In this document: in pieces, positions 54,230-64,000 of the stretch | Layout of the letters: each line of letters begins with the position of its first letter | Numbering within the stretch: the stretch's first letter is position 1 | Assembly: GCA_031459615.1 (NCBI GenBank) | Contig: JAVKIE010000013.1 | Location: 226-64,225, forward strand | Source of the DNA: Candidatus Calidihabitans tengchongensis | GTDB taxonomy: Bacteria; Sysuimicrobiota; Sysuimicrobiia; Sysuimicrobiales; Kaftiobacteriaceae | Length of the DNA: 64,000 nt | Direction of reading: 5' to 3' | The notes under the pieces: generated by a model | What the model was told of the DNA's origin: nothing | The model's database searches: none | The model's input: only the letters and a program-made list of their open reading frames with translations | Program-made: the position numbers and the translations under genes

Positions 54230-55096
54230 GTGGCGGCGACCATCCTCGACGGCAGGGCTCTGGCCGCGCAGATCGAAGCCGAGGTGGCCGCCCAGGCGCA
54301 GGCGCTGACCTCCCGCTACGGGGTGTCTCCGGCCTTGGCGGCCATCCTGGTGGGCGACGACCCGGCCTCCCACCTGTACGTGCGGCGCAAGGCCGAAGCC
54401 TGCGGCCGCGCGGGGATGCGGTCGGAGACGTTCCACCTGCCGGCCGACGCCTCCCAGGAAGAGGTCCTGGCCCTCATCGACCAGCTCAACGCCCGGGCCG
54501 ACATCCATGGCATCCTCCCCCAGCAGCCGATGCCCGCCCACATCGACCCCCGGGCGGTGTTCGACCGGATCCACCCCGCCAAGGACGTGGACGGGTTGGG
54601 ACCGGCGAACATGGCGGCGCTGCTGGTGGGCCGGCCGCACCTGGTGCCCTGTACCCCGGCGGGGGTGATGCGGCTGCTGGCCCACGCGGGGATCGACCCG
54701 GCCGGCCGCGAGGCGGTGGTGGTGGGCCGCAGCATCATCGTGGGGCGCCCCATGGCCCTGCTGCTCCTCAACGCCCACGCCACCGTCACCTGGTGCCACA
54801 CCCGGACCCGGGACCTGGCCGCTCACACCCGGCGGGCCGACATCCTGGTGGTGGCCGCCGGCCGCCCCGGCCTGATCACGGGCCCCATGATCAAGCCGGG
54901 GGCGGTAGTGATCGACGTCGGGATTTCCCGGAAAGACGGCAAGCTGGTAGGGGATGTGGAGTTTGCCTCGGCCGTTGAGGTGGCCGGGTGGATCACCCCG
55001 GTGCCGGGCGGTGTCGGCCCCATGACCATCGCCATGCTGCTGCACAACACCGTGCGGGCGGCCGAGCAGCAGCTCCGGGCGGGCCGCATCGTCTGA
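54230..55096 (+). CDS. folD: methylenetetrahydrofolate dehydrogenase/cyclohydrolase
   Basis: KDVDG, PCTP, GRSIIVGRP, TPVPGGVGPMT. Confidence 0.97.
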   Translation: MAATILDGRALAAQIEAEVAAQAQALTSRYGVSPALAAILVGDDPASHLYVRRKAEACGRAGMRSETFHLPADASQEEVLALIDQLNARADIHGILPQQPMPAHIDPRAVFDRIHPAKDVDGLGPANMAALLVGRPHLVPCTPAGVMRLLAHAGIDPAGREAVVVGRSIIVGRPMALLLLNAHATVTWCHTRTRDLAAHTRRADILVVAAGRPGLITGPMIKPGAVVIDVGISRKDGKLVGDVEFASAVEVAGWITPVPGGVGPMTIAMLLHNTVRAAEQQLRAGRIV

Positions 55097-55200
55097 GAAC
55101 CCGGGCGCGGGATCGCCCGCCGCGCGGCGTCGGGGCGCTCCCGAGAGCCCGGCGCCGACCGCGCGGGTGGGCGTCACCCGGCGGAAGAGCACCGCCGGAA

Positions 55201-55290
55201 AATTTGGGGTCAGACCCCCACGATCGCAGGTTCCCGCAGAGGCGTGTCGCATGAATGGGGGACATCGCGGAATTTTGGGGTCAGACCCCT
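55201..55290. repeat. two direct copies of an AATTT(T)GGGGTCAGACCCC REP-like motif
   Basis: Copies at about 55201-55218 and 55271-55289; each core GGGGTC-A-GACCCC is palindromic. Confidence 0.7.
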
Positions 55291-55344
55291 TCCTGTCGCA
55301 GAAGCGGGGGTAGGTCGCATCCGCACCGAAGATGGAGAGGCGCG

Positions 55345-56688
55345 GTGACATACGCTGAGGCTGTGGCGTACATCGACGGGCTGCTGGGCCGGCCGCGGCC
55401 GGCGGGCGGGCCCCCGACCGCCAAGATCCTCCGGACGGCGGACCTGCTCTCCCGCCTGGGGGATCCGCACCACCGCGTCCCGACGGTCCTGGTGGCCGGC
55501 ACCAAAGGCAAGGGTTCCACGGCGGCCATGCTGGCTGCGATGATGCGCGCCTGCGGATCGCGGGTGGGCCTGTACACCAAGCCGCACCTGGTGGATTACC
55601 GGGAGAGGATCCAGGTGGACGGCGAGATGATCGCCCCGGACGCGCTGGCCGCCCTGGTGGAGCGGGTGCGCCCCCACGTGGAGGCGATGGCCGCCCATCC
55701 GCTGGGCCTGCCCACCTACTTTGAGGTCTCCGTGGCTCTGGCCTTCCTTCACTTCGCGGATGCGGGGGTGGACCTGGCGGTGGTGGAGGTCGGGCTGGGA
55801 GGGCGCCTGGACGCCACCAACGTCAGCGACCCCGTCCTGGCGGTCCTCACGCCGGTCAGCTACGACCACATGGAGGTGCTGGGGAGCACCCTGGACGCCA
55901 TCGCCCGGGAGAAGGCCGGCATCGTCCGCCGCAACGGGGTGGTGGTGAGCGCTCCCCAGGCCCCCGAGCCTCTGGCCGCCATCATCGACGTGTGCACCCG
56001 CCACCGGGCCCGGCTGCGGCTGGTAGCCGAGGAGATGCGCTGGCAGGTCCTGGACAGCACCCCCTACCGCCAGACCGTCGCCCTGGCGGGTCCGGCCGCC
56101 GACTATGGCGCGATCCAGCTCCCCCTGGTGGGCGCCCACCAGGCCGCCAATTTGGCCACCGCGGTGGCCTCCGCCGAGGTCCTGTCCTGCCGGGGATATC
56201 GGTTCGATCCGCAGGCGGCGGGCCCGGCCCTGGCGGCGCTGCGCTGGCCGGGACGGATCGAGGTCGTTGCCGAGCGTCCCTACGTGGTGGTGGACGTGGC
56301 CCACAACCCGGCGTCCCTCGCGGCGCTGCGGCAGACCCTGGAGGCCGTCTTTCCCGGCCGACGGGTCATCCTGGTCTACGGCATGGTGGCCACCCATGAC
56401 CACCGCATGTGCACCGGCCTGATCGCGCCCCTGGCGGCGGCCGCCGTGGTCACCGTCCCCCGGCATGTCCGGCCTCTGCCGGCGGAGGTCCTGGCCGCCG
56501 AGGTGGCCCGGTACGTCTCCCGGGTGGACGTGGTCCCCGACCGCCACGAGGCTGTCCGCCGGGCCCGGGACCTGGCCGGCCCGGAGGATGTGGTGGTGGT
56601 GACCGGGTCGTTCTTCCTGGTGGGAGACGCCCGCGCGGATCTGTTCCGGGAGGTCTCGCCTGCGGCGCGAAGTCCGGGACAGGCCTGA
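55345..56688 (+). CDS. folC: folylpolyglutamate/dihydrofolate synthase
   Basis: VAGTKGKGS, ERI, EVGLGGRLDATN, WPGR, DVAHN, TGS. Confidence 0.96.
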   Translation: MTYAEAVAYIDGLLGRPRPAGGPPTAKILRTADLLSRLGDPHHRVPTVLVAGTKGKGSTAAMLAAMMRACGSRVGLYTKPHLVDYRERIQVDGEMIAPDALAALVERVRPHVEAMAAHPLGLPTYFEVSVALAFLHFADAGVDLAVVEVGLGGRLDATNVSDPVLAVLTPVSYDHMEVLGSTLDAIAREKAGIVRRNGVVVSAPQAPEPLAAIIDVCTRHRARLRLVAEEMRWQVLDSTPYRQTVALAGPAADYGAIQLPLVGAHQAANLATAVASAEVLSCRGYRFDPQAAGPALAALRWPGRIEVVAERPYVVVDVAHNPASLAALRQTLEAVFPGRRVILVYGMVATHDHRMCTGLIAPLAAAAVVTVPRHVRPLPAEVLAAEVARYVSRVDVVPDRHEAVRRARDLAGPEDVVVVTGSFFLVGDARADLFREVSPAARSPGQA

Positions 56689-56741
56689 TCGGTCAGGCCG
56701 CGGACGGGTACCTGTACACTGGAGAGGGAACGGGACCGCCT

Positions 56742-58388
56742 GTGTGGGTGGACGCGATCGTCGACGACATCCTGCGCACCCGCCCGGCCGACGCCTACGT
56801 GGTTAACGACGCCAAGAGCCCGTCGGGGCCCATCCACGTCGGGTCGCTGCGGGGCGTGATCCTGCACGACTGCGTCGCCCGCGGCCTGCGGGACCGCGGC
56901 CGGTCGGTCCGCTTTCTGTACGGATTTGACGACTACGACCCCCTGGACGCGGTGCCCGCCGGCGCGCCTCCGGAGTGGGCCCGCCACCTGGGCCGGCCGC
57001 TGGCCGACGTGCCGTCTCCGGCCGGAGACGGCATCAGCTTCGCCCGCCACTACGGCCAGGCGTTTGCGGAGGTCTTCACCCGCCTGGGAGTCCATCCGGA
57101 GGTGTACTGGACCAGCGAGTGGTATCGCGCCGGGAAGTTCAACGACGCCATCCGGATCGCCCTGGACCGGGCCGACGACCTCATCCAGATCGACCGGGAG
57201 ATCAGCGGGAGCAGCCGGGCCGAGCGCCACCCGGTGCAGGTCCTGTGCGAGCGCTGCGGCCGCATCGGCACCACCGTCGTCATCGGGTGGGACGGGCGGG
57301 AGGTCGCCTACGAGTGCCGGCCCGACAAGGTGGCGTGGGCGCAGGGGTGTGGCCACCGGGGGCGGCGGTCGCCCTTCGACGGCGGCAGCAAGCTGCAGTA
57401 CAAGGTGGAGTGGGCCGCCAAGTGGTGGATCCTGCAGGTGTCCGTGGAGGGCGCCGGCAAGGACCACATGACCCGCGGCGGCAGCCACGACGTGGCCAGC
57501 GCCATCTGCGAGCGCATCTTCGGCTGCCGGCCCCCGTACCCGATCCCCTACGAGTGGTTCCTGGTGGGCGGCCGGAAGATGAGCAGCAGCAGGGGGGTGG
57601 GGATGCCCGCCCAGGAGCTGGTGAAGATCCTGCGCCCCGAGCTGGCGCGTTTCCTGATGGTGCGGCCCCACCACCGCCAGCAGATCAACTTCGACCCCGG
57701 CGGGGACACCATCCCGCGCCTGTACGACGAATACGACCGCGCCGCGGCCGCCTACTACCAGGAGGTGACGCCCCGCACTCCGGCGGAGGCGGACCTGCTG
57801 CGCGACCACGCCCGGACCTTCTACTACGCCCAGCCCGACCGCCCGCCCCCCCGGTGCTTCCGGATGCGGTTCAGCAAGGTGGCCTACCTGACCCAGATGC
57901 CCACCGTGGACCTGATGGCGGCCGCCGAGGCCGACAAAGGCGCGCCCCTGACCGAGGCCGACCGGGAGGAACTGCGCCGCAGGGTGGAGGACGCGCGCCG
58001 GTGGCTGCAGACCTATGCCCCCGACCACTACCGCTTCCAGGTCCAGCCCACGCTGCCGGCGGTGGACCTGGACGCCTCCCAGCGGGAGTTCCTGGCCCGG
58101 CTGGCGGCGGCCATCGCCGAGCGGCCCCGGTGGTCCGGCGAGGACCTGCACGCCCGCATCCACGCCCTCAAGCAGGACCTGGGCCTGCCCGCCCCGCGGG
58201 CGTTTTCCGCGATCTACCTGGCGTTTCTGGGCAAACCCTCCGGCCCTCAGGCCGGGTGGCTCCTGGCGTCCCTGGACCGGGAATTCGTCCTGCGGCGGCT
58301 GGCGGAGGCATCCCGGCCGTCCTCGGCGGCGGGCGCGCCGTCGGCCGCCCGCCCCGACCCGCCCGGGGGGAGGTCCGCTCCGCCATGA
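56742..58388 (+). CDS. lysS: class I lysyl-tRNA synthetase
   Basis: SPSGPIHVGS (HIGH-like), DDYD, EGAGKDH, KMSSSRG, GPQAGW. Confidence 0.94.
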   Translation: MWVDAIVDDILRTRPADAYVVNDAKSPSGPIHVGSLRGVILHDCVARGLRDRGRSVRFLYGFDDYDPLDAVPAGAPPEWARHLGRPLADVPSPAGDGISFARHYGQAFAEVFTRLGVHPEVYWTSEWYRAGKFNDAIRIALDRADDLIQIDREISGSSRAERHPVQVLCERCGRIGTTVVIGWDGREVAYECRPDKVAWAQGCGHRGRRSPFDGGSKLQYKVEWAAKWWILQVSVEGAGKDHMTRGGSHDVASAICERIFGCRPPYPIPYEWFLVGGRKMSSSRGVGMPAQELVKILRPELARFLMVRPHHRQQINFDPGGDTIPRLYDEYDRAAAAYYQEVTPRTPAEADLLRDHARTFYYAQPDRPPPRCFRMRFSKVAYLTQMPTVDLMAAAEADKGAPLTEADREELRRRVEDARRWLQTYAPDHYRFQVQPTLPAVDLDASQREFLARLAAAIAERPRWSGEDLHARIHALKQDLGLPAPRAFSAIYLAFLGKPSGPQAGWLLASLDREFVLRRLAEASRPSSAAGAPSAARPDPPGGRSAPP

Positions 58389-59341
58389 CCGAGCACCCCG
58401 TCCACGTGCTGGTCTTTGCCCGGCTGGAGGCGCATCACCTGGAGCAGATCCGTGCGGTGGACCCCCGGGTGCGCGTGTCCACCGTCACCGACCGCACCGC
58501 GGGCCTGGAGCTGGCCGCCGACGCCGACGTCATGGTGGGGTGGGACATCCCCCGGGAGGTGGTGCAGAGGGCGAGCCGGCTGCGGTGGATCCACTCCACC
58601 GCCGCCGGGGTGGACCAGCTGCTCCATCCGGAGGTGTGCGAGCGGGACATCGTCGTCACCAGCAGCAGCGGCATCCACCCGCCGCTGGTGGAGCACGTCT
58701 TCGCCTTCATGCTGGCCCTGTCCCGGCGGCTGCATGTGGCGGTCAGGCTGCAGCTGCAGAAGCGGTGGGACCGCCGGCGCATGGTGGGCGACGAGCTGGC
58801 GGGGCGGACGCTGGGCATCCTGGGCCTGGGCACCATCGGGCGGGAGATCGCCACCCGGGCGCGGGCATTCGACATGCGGGTGGTGGGAACCAAGCGCACG
58901 CCGGCGCCGGTGCCGGGGGTGGAGCGGGTCCTCCCCCCCGAGGGGCTGCCGGAGGTCCTGCGGGAGGCGGACGTGGTGGTCGTCACCCTGCCCCTGACCC
59001 CGCAGACCCGGGGCCTGCTGGGTGAGGCGGAGTTCCGCATGATGAAGCCCTCGGCCCTCTTCATCAACGTGGGCCGGGGCGCGGTGGTCCGCGAGGACGC
59101 CCTGGTGCGGGCCCTGCGGGAGGGGTGGATCGCCGCGGCCGCGCTGGACGTCTTCGAGCACGAGCCCCTGCCGGCCGACAGCCCGTTGTACGATCTGGAG
59201 AATGTCATTCTCACCCCCCATGTGTCGGGGACATCGCCCCGGTACATGGACCGGGCAGTGCCCCTGTTCTGCGAGAACCTGCGCCGCTTCTTGACGGGAC
59301 AGCCGCTGCTGAACCTGGTAGATAAGGAACGGGGCTACTGA
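58385..59341 (+). CDS. D-2-hydroxyacid dehydrogenase
   Basis: GLGTIG, NVGRG, LDVFEHEPL, TPHVSG. Confidence 0.93.
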   Translation: MTEHPVHVLVFARLEAHHLEQIRAVDPRVRVSTVTDRTAGLELAADADVMVGWDIPREVVQRASRLRWIHSTAAGVDQLLHPEVCERDIVVTSSSGIHPPLVEHVFAFMLALSRRLHVAVRLQLQKRWDRRRMVGDELAGRTLGILGLGTIGREIATRARAFDMRVVGTKRTPAPVPGVERVLPPEGLPEVLREADVVVVTLPLTPQTRGLLGEAEFRMMKPSALFINVGRGAVVREDALVRALREGWIAAAALDVFEHEPLPADSPLYDLENVILTPHVSGTSPRYMDRAVPLFCENLRRFLTGQPLLNLVDKERGY

Positions 59342-59437
59342 AAGGCGAATGACAGGGAGTGGGCCCCTCGCCTCCCTCCGGGACCGACCGAGCCCGGCGG
59401 GCGCGGGGGACCGCAGGACGCCAGGGAGGGGTGGCGC

Positions 59438-61519
59438 GTGAAGCCGTATCCGCCGGACCGCATCCGCAACGTGGCCGTGGTCGGCCATGGGGGCACCGGA
59501 AAGACGTCGCTGGTGGAGGCCATGCTCTTCGTGGCCCGGGCCATCGACCGCCTGGGCCGGGTGGACGACGGCACCGCCACCACGGACTTCGACCCCGAAG
59601 AGCAGCGCCGCCGCCACACCATCAACGCCGCCCTGGCGCCGCTGGAGTGGCAGCAGTGCAAGGTCAACCTCATCGACGCTCCCGGCTACCCGGACTTCGT
59701 GGGCGAGGTGGTGGCCGCCCTGCGCGTGGCCGACGGCGCCCTGGTGGTGGTGGACGCCGTGGCGGGGGTGCAGGTGCAGACCGAGGTGGCCTGGCTGTAC
59801 GCCGACCGGGCGGGGGTCAGCCGGCTGGTGGTGGTCAACCGGCTGGACCGGGAGAACGCCAGCTTCGATCGGGCCGTGGACTCCCTGCGCCGGCGCTTTG
59901 GCTCCCGGGTGGCGCCGGTGCAGATTCCCATCGGCGCGGAGAGCGCGCTGTCGGGCGTGGTGGACCTGGTGGAGATGAAGGCATACACCTTCGCCACGGG
60001 GGCGGTGAGCGCGGGCGAGGTGCCTGCGGAACTGGCCGAAGCCGCCCGGGCGGCCCGGGAGAAGCTGATGGAGGCGGCCGCCGACGCCGACGACGCCCTG
60101 ATGGAGCGCTACCTGGAGGCCGGCGAGCTCACCCAGGAGGAGCTGGTCCGGGGCCTGCACGCCGGCGTGCGGGCCGGCCGCGTGGTCCCGGTCCTGTGCG
60201 CGGCGGGGACGAAGCTGGTGGGCGTGCAGCCCCTGCTGGACGCGGTGGTGGCGCTGCTGCCGTCTCCCGCCGAGCGGGAGGTGGTCGGCACCGACCCCCG
60301 CACCCAGCAGCCGGTGCGCCTCGCGCCGGCCGCCGACGCGCCGCTGGCCGCGCTGGTGTTCAAGACGGTCGCCGACCCGTACGTGGGCCGGCTGTCTTAC
60401 TTCCGGGTGTACTCGGGGGTGCTGCGCTCGGACTCCCAGGTCTTCAACGCGACCCGCGGCAAGCCCGAGCGGGTCGGCCAGGTGTATTACCTGCGCGGCA
60501 AGCACCAGGAGTCTGCGGGGGAGGTGGGGCCGGGCGACCTGGGCGCGGTGGCCAAGCTGGCCGAGACGGCCACGGGCGACACCCTGTGCGGGCGCGACCA
60601 CCCGGTGGTGCTGCCGCCCGTCGAATTCCCCGAGCCGGCCATCGCCATGGCGGTGGAGCCCAAGAGCAAGGGCGACGAGGATAAACTGGGCACGGCGCTG
60701 GCGCGGCTGGCCGAGGAGGACCCGACGGTGCGCGTGCACCGGGACAGCGAGATGAAGCAGACGCTGATCATGGGGATGGGGGAGTCTCACCTGGAGATCC
60801 TCGCCGACCGCCTGCGCCGCAAGTTCGGGGTGGACGTGACCCTGCGGCTGCCCCGGGTGCCCTACCGGGAGACGATCCGGGGCCGGGCGCGGGCCCAGGG
60901 GCGGTATGTGAAGCAGACCGGGGGCCGCGGCCAGTACGGGGTGTGCTTCCTGGAGATCGAGCCCCTGCCCCGGGGCAGCGGGTTCGAGTTCGTGGACAAG
61001 ATCTTCGGCGGCGCCATCCCCAACCAGTTCATCCCGTCGGTGGAGAAGGGCGTGCGCAAGGCCCTGGAGGAGGGAGTGCTGGCCGGCTATCCCGTGGTGG
61101 ACGTGCGGGTGACCCTGGTGGACGGCAAGTACCACGAGGTGGACAGTTCGGACATCGCCTTCCAAATCGCCGGCTCTCTGGCGTTCAAGGATGCCGCCAC
61201 CCAGGCGGGCCTGGTCCTGCTGGAACCGATCATGACCCTGGAGGTCCGCGTGCCCGAGGAACAGATGGGTGACGTGATCGGCGACCTCAACGCCAAGCGC
61301 GGGCGCATCCTGGGCATGGAGCCCCAGGGTGACGGGACCACGGTGGTGCGGGCCCAGGTCCCCCAGGCGGAGGTCCTGCGGTACGCCTCGGACCTGCGGT
61401 CCATGACCGGCGGCCGGGGGACGTTCACCATGACGTTCTCCCACTACGAGGAGGTGCCGCCCCACGTGGCCGAGCGGGTGATCGCCGAGGCCAGGCAGCA
61501 GCGCGCCGAGGCGCGCTGA
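59438..61519 (+). CDS. fusA: elongation factor G paralog (EF-G2-like)
   Basis: GHGGTGKTS, DAPGYPDF, GMGESHL, KQTGGRGQYG; lies outside the str operon. Confidence 0.92.
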   Translation: MKPYPPDRIRNVAVVGHGGTGKTSLVEAMLFVARAIDRLGRVDDGTATTDFDPEEQRRRHTINAALAPLEWQQCKVNLIDAPGYPDFVGEVVAALRVADGALVVVDAVAGVQVQTEVAWLYADRAGVSRLVVVNRLDRENASFDRAVDSLRRRFGSRVAPVQIPIGAESALSGVVDLVEMKAYTFATGAVSAGEVPAELAEAARAAREKLMEAAADADDALMERYLEAGELTQEELVRGLHAGVRAGRVVPVLCAAGTKLVGVQPLLDAVVALLPSPAEREVVGTDPRTQQPVRLAPAADAPLAALVFKTVADPYVGRLSYFRVYSGVLRSDSQVFNATRGKPERVGQVYYLRGKHQESAGEVGPGDLGAVAKLAETATGDTLCGRDHPVVLPPVEFPEPAIAMAVEPKSKGDEDKLGTALARLAEEDPTVRVHRDSEMKQTLIMGMGESHLEILADRLRRKFGVDVTLRLPRVPYRETIRGRARAQGRYVKQTGGRGQYGVCFLEIEPLPRGSGFEFVDKIFGGAIPNQFIPSVEKGVRKALEEGVLAGYPVVDVRVTLVDGKYHEVDSSDIAFQIAGSLAFKDAATQAGLVLLEPIMTLEVRVPEEQMGDVIGDLNAKRGRILGMEPQGDGTTVVRAQVPQAEVLRYASDLRSMTGGRGTFTMTFSHYEEVPPHVAERVIAEARQQRAEAR

Positions 61520-61679
61520 GGGCGCGGCGCGAGGGGGCGGGGGAGCGGGGCAACGCTGGGGCAGTGACCGGGGACGCGCGAAGCCCTCACGTCGGGCGGG
61601 AAGAGGGGGAAGGTCGGGGGCGTTCGGCAGGAGAGGACGGCGGCGGCAGGGAAGGGTAATCCACAGGCGTACAGGGCGG

Positions 61680-61711
61680 AGGGCCTTATCTCCCGCGAGA
61701 TAGGCCCTTTT
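61680..61711 (+). terminator. intrinsic terminator-like hairpin before dnaG
   Basis: AGGGCCTTATCTC..GAGATAGGCCCT followed by TTT. Confidence 0.6.
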
Positions 61712-61732
61712 GCATTGTCGCCGCGGAGGCTC

Positions 61733-63541
61733 ATGCGCGGGTATCTGTCGGCCGATATACGGGACGAGATCCGTCGACGGGTGGATCTGGTGGAACTGGC
61801 CAGCGCCCACGTGTCGTTGAAGAAGGCGGGGCGCCACTACAAGGGCCTGTGCCCCTTCCACCAGGAGAAGACCCCGTCCTTCCACGTGGACCGTGAGCGG
61901 GGCCTGTGGCACTGTTTCGGCTGCTCCCGGGGCGGAGACATCTTCGATTTTGTCATGGAGATCGGCCACCTGTCCTTTGCGGAGGCGGTGGAGACCCTGG
62001 CCCGCCGCGCCGGGGTCCGCCTGGAGCGCACGCCCGAGGAGCGGCGGCAGGCCACCGAGCGGGACCGGCTGTTCCGGGCCCTGGAGGCAGCCGCGGGTTT
62101 CTTCACCGAACAGCTGCGCCACCCCGAGCGCGGCCGGGCCGCCCGGGAGTACCTGGGCCGCCGGGGAGTGGACGACGCCACCGCCGACCGGTTCCGGCTG
62201 GGCTACGCGCCCCCCGAGTGGGACGGCCTCCTGCGAGCGCTGGGGGCTCGCGGCTACGACGCGGCCCTGCTGGCTGCCGGCGGGCTGGTAGTCCCCCGGG
62301 AGAGGGGGGACGGGTACTTCGACATGTTCCGCCACCGGCTGATGTTCCCCATCCTGGACCTGCAGGACCGGCCGGTGGCATTCGGGGGGCGGGCCCTGGA
62401 CGACGCCCAGCCCAAGTATCTGAACTCGCGGGAGACCGCCGTCTTCAGCAAGGGGCGCACCGTCTACGCCCTGAACTGGGCGCGGGAGGACATCCGGCGG
62501 AAGGACGAGGTGCTGGTGGTGGAAGGCAACATGGACGTCCTGACCTGCCACCAGTTCGGCTTTCGGCACGCCGTGGCCACCCTGGGCACGGCGCTGACCG
62601 CCGACCAGGTCGCCGTGCTGCGCCGCTTCGCGTCCCGCGCGGTGCTGGTGTACGACGCCGACGCCGCGGGGCGGGCGGCCATGGAGCGGGCCCACAGCGT
62701 GTTCGAGGAGGCCGACATGCCGGTGCGGGTGGTCGTCCTGCCCTCCGGCGACCCCGACGAGTTCCTGCGCACGGCGGGGCCGGAGAAGTTCGCGGCCCTG
62801 CTGGAGACGGCGGTGCCGATCTTTGACTACCAGGTGGCCCAGGCCGCCTCGCGGCACGACCTGCAGACCATCGAAGGGCGGGTGCGGCTGGTGGACGACC
62901 TGCTGCCGTCCCTGGCCGCCGTGCGCCACCCCATCCGCCAGGCCGAGTACATCCGCAGCCTGGCCCAGCGCTTCGGGCTGGCCGAAGACGCCATCCGCCA
63001 GCGCCTGAAGGTCCGGCGCGCAGGCGGGGCGACCGCGGGCGAGGTCCTGGAGGCCCCGCCGCCCGAGCGGGCGCGCCATCAGGCCGAGCGGCTGCTGGTG
63101 CACCTGATGGTGCACGACCCCCAGGTGCGGGAGCAGGTGGGGGCGGCGCTGGGACCCGGCGAGTTCCGGGATCCCGGCCACCGGGCCCTGGCGGAGGTCC
63201 TGCTGGCGGCCGGGGCCGCCGGCGCCGAGACCCTGATCGACCGGTTGGGCGATGGGGAGGCCCAGCGGCTGCTGGTGCAGCTGGTGTTCGAGCCGCCCCC
63301 GGTGGTGGAGCGGGAGGCGGCGCGGGTCGTGCGGGACGCCATCGACTACATCGTCCGCCGCGAGCCCGCCGCCCGGGCGCGCCAGGAGCTGGCCCGTCGG
63401 ATCCACCAGGCTCAGGCCGCCGGCGATGTGGAGCAGGTCCGGCGCCTGCAGCTGGAGTATGTTAAACTAGTTAGTCCGTCTCCATCCGGCCCCTCCGGTG
63501 GGGAGGACGCGGCGGGGAGGACTCTCCCGGAAAGGGGGTGA
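61733..63541 (+). CDS. dnaG: DNA primase
   Basis: [43 protein letters not shown]. Confidence 0.97.
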   Translation: MRGYLSADIRDEIRRRVDLVELASAHVSLKKAGRHYKGLCPFHQEKTPSFHVDRERGLWHCFGCSRGGDIFDFVMEIGHLSFAEAVETLARRAGVRLERTPEERRQATERDRLFRALEAAAGFFTEQLRHPERGRAAREYLGRRGVDDATADRFRLGYAPPEWDGLLRALGARGYDAALLAAGGLVVPRERGDGYFDMFRHRLMFPILDLQDRPVAFGGRALDDAQPKYLNSRETAVFSKGRTVYALNWAREDIRRKDEVLVVEGNMDVLTCHQFGFRHAVATLGTALTADQVAVLRRFASRAVLVYDADAAGRAAMERAHSVFEEADMPVRVVVLPSGDPDEFLRTAGPEKFAALLETAVPIFDYQVAQAASRHDLQTIEGRVRLVDDLLPSLAAVRHPIRQAEYIRSLAQRFGLAEDAIRQRLKVRRAGGATAGEVLEAPPPERARHQAERLLVHLMVHDPQVREQVGAALGPGEFRDPGHRALAEVLLAAGAAGAETLIDRLGDGEAQRLLVQLVFEPPPVVEREAARVVRDAIDYIVRREPAARARQELARRIHQAQAAGDVEQVRRLQLEYVKLVSPSPSGPSGGEDAAGRTLPERG

Positions 63542-63546
63542 GGGAC

Positions 63547-64000
63547 GTGCCGAAAAAGAAGGCCGCCTCCGCGGCGCCGGCCGAGGAGGCCAAGGTGCCG
63601 CCGGAACTCAAGGCTCTGGTGGAGCTGGGCCGCAAGAAGGGCTATGTGACCCACGACGACATCCTCGAACAGCTGCCCGACGCCGACCAGAACGTGGAGC
63701 TCATCGACCGGGTCTACTCGGTCCTCAGCGAGCAGGGGATCGAGGTGGTGGAGGACGCCCGGGACGCCGAGCAACAGGCCAAAGCGCGCGCCGCCGAGGA
63801 GGAAGAGCGGGAGGCCGAGGGCGTCGCCATCGACGACCCGGTCCGCATGTACCTGAAGGAAATCGGCAAGGTCCCTCTGCTCACCCCCGAACAGGAGGTG
63901 GACCTGGCCCAGCGGATGGAGAAAGGCGACGAGGAGGCCAAGCGCCGGCTCATCGAGGCGAACCTGCGCCTGGTGGTCAGCATCGCCAAGAAGTACGTGG
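63547..64000 (+). CDS. rpoD: primary sigma factor RpoD, truncated by the window edge
   Basis: Translated by hand: GRKKGYVT region 1.1, [28 protein letters not shown]. Confidence 0.95.
   Translation, partial: MPKKKAASAAPAEEAKVPPELKALVELGRKKGYVTHDDILEQLPDADQNVELIDRVYSVLSEQGIEVVEDARDAEQQAKARAAEEEEREAEGVAIDDPVRMYLKEIGKVPLLTPEQEVDLAQRMEKGDEEAKRRLIEANLRLVVSIAKKYV

Noticed and set aside
58247-63406. 1719-aa minus-strand ORF
   Set aside because: Antisense shadow of the dehydrogenase, fusA and dnaG genes caused by GC-rich codon bias; no recognisable domains

Overview
GC-rich bacterial chromosome segment; the gene style is reminiscent of Armatimonadota/CSP1-3 or Chloroflexota, but taxonomy is only a guess. 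The first ~42 kb are a dense bioenergetic region. (i) An extended System I cytochrome c maturation operon (ccmABCDEFH plus accessory genes and a Cys-rich PAS-LuxR regulator). (ii) Divergent from it, a Rieske / cytochrome b / nonaheme c / triheme c cluster. (iii) A Tat-exported DMSO-reductase-family (Psr/Arr-like) molybdoenzyme with an atypical FS0 motif (CWIGKQDC), followed by its 4Fe-4S and NrfD partners, TorD, an HdrA/MvhD-like polyferredoxin, mobA and a moeA-mobB fusion. (iv) A Met-rich, probably copper-responsive module, VKOR-thioredoxin and DoxX. (v) A SufR-like regulator heading an A2-type heme-copper oxidase that appears to lack the K-channel lysine, followed by four tandem cupredoxins (three with unusual CuA-like motifs) and a Tat-FeS + NrfD pair with no catalytic subunit. 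Module (v) is the best candidate for an undescribed system: a copper-wired, heme-c-free analogue of alternative complex III. The remainder is mostly housekeeping (pfkA, lacD-like aldolase, gdhA, tRNA-Tyr, tRNA-Gly, folD, folC, class I lysS, EF-G paralog, dnaG, partial rpoD) with several short intergenic repeat families. No CRISPR array, transposase or prophage was seen. All calls come from reading motifs by eye; no database search was run.
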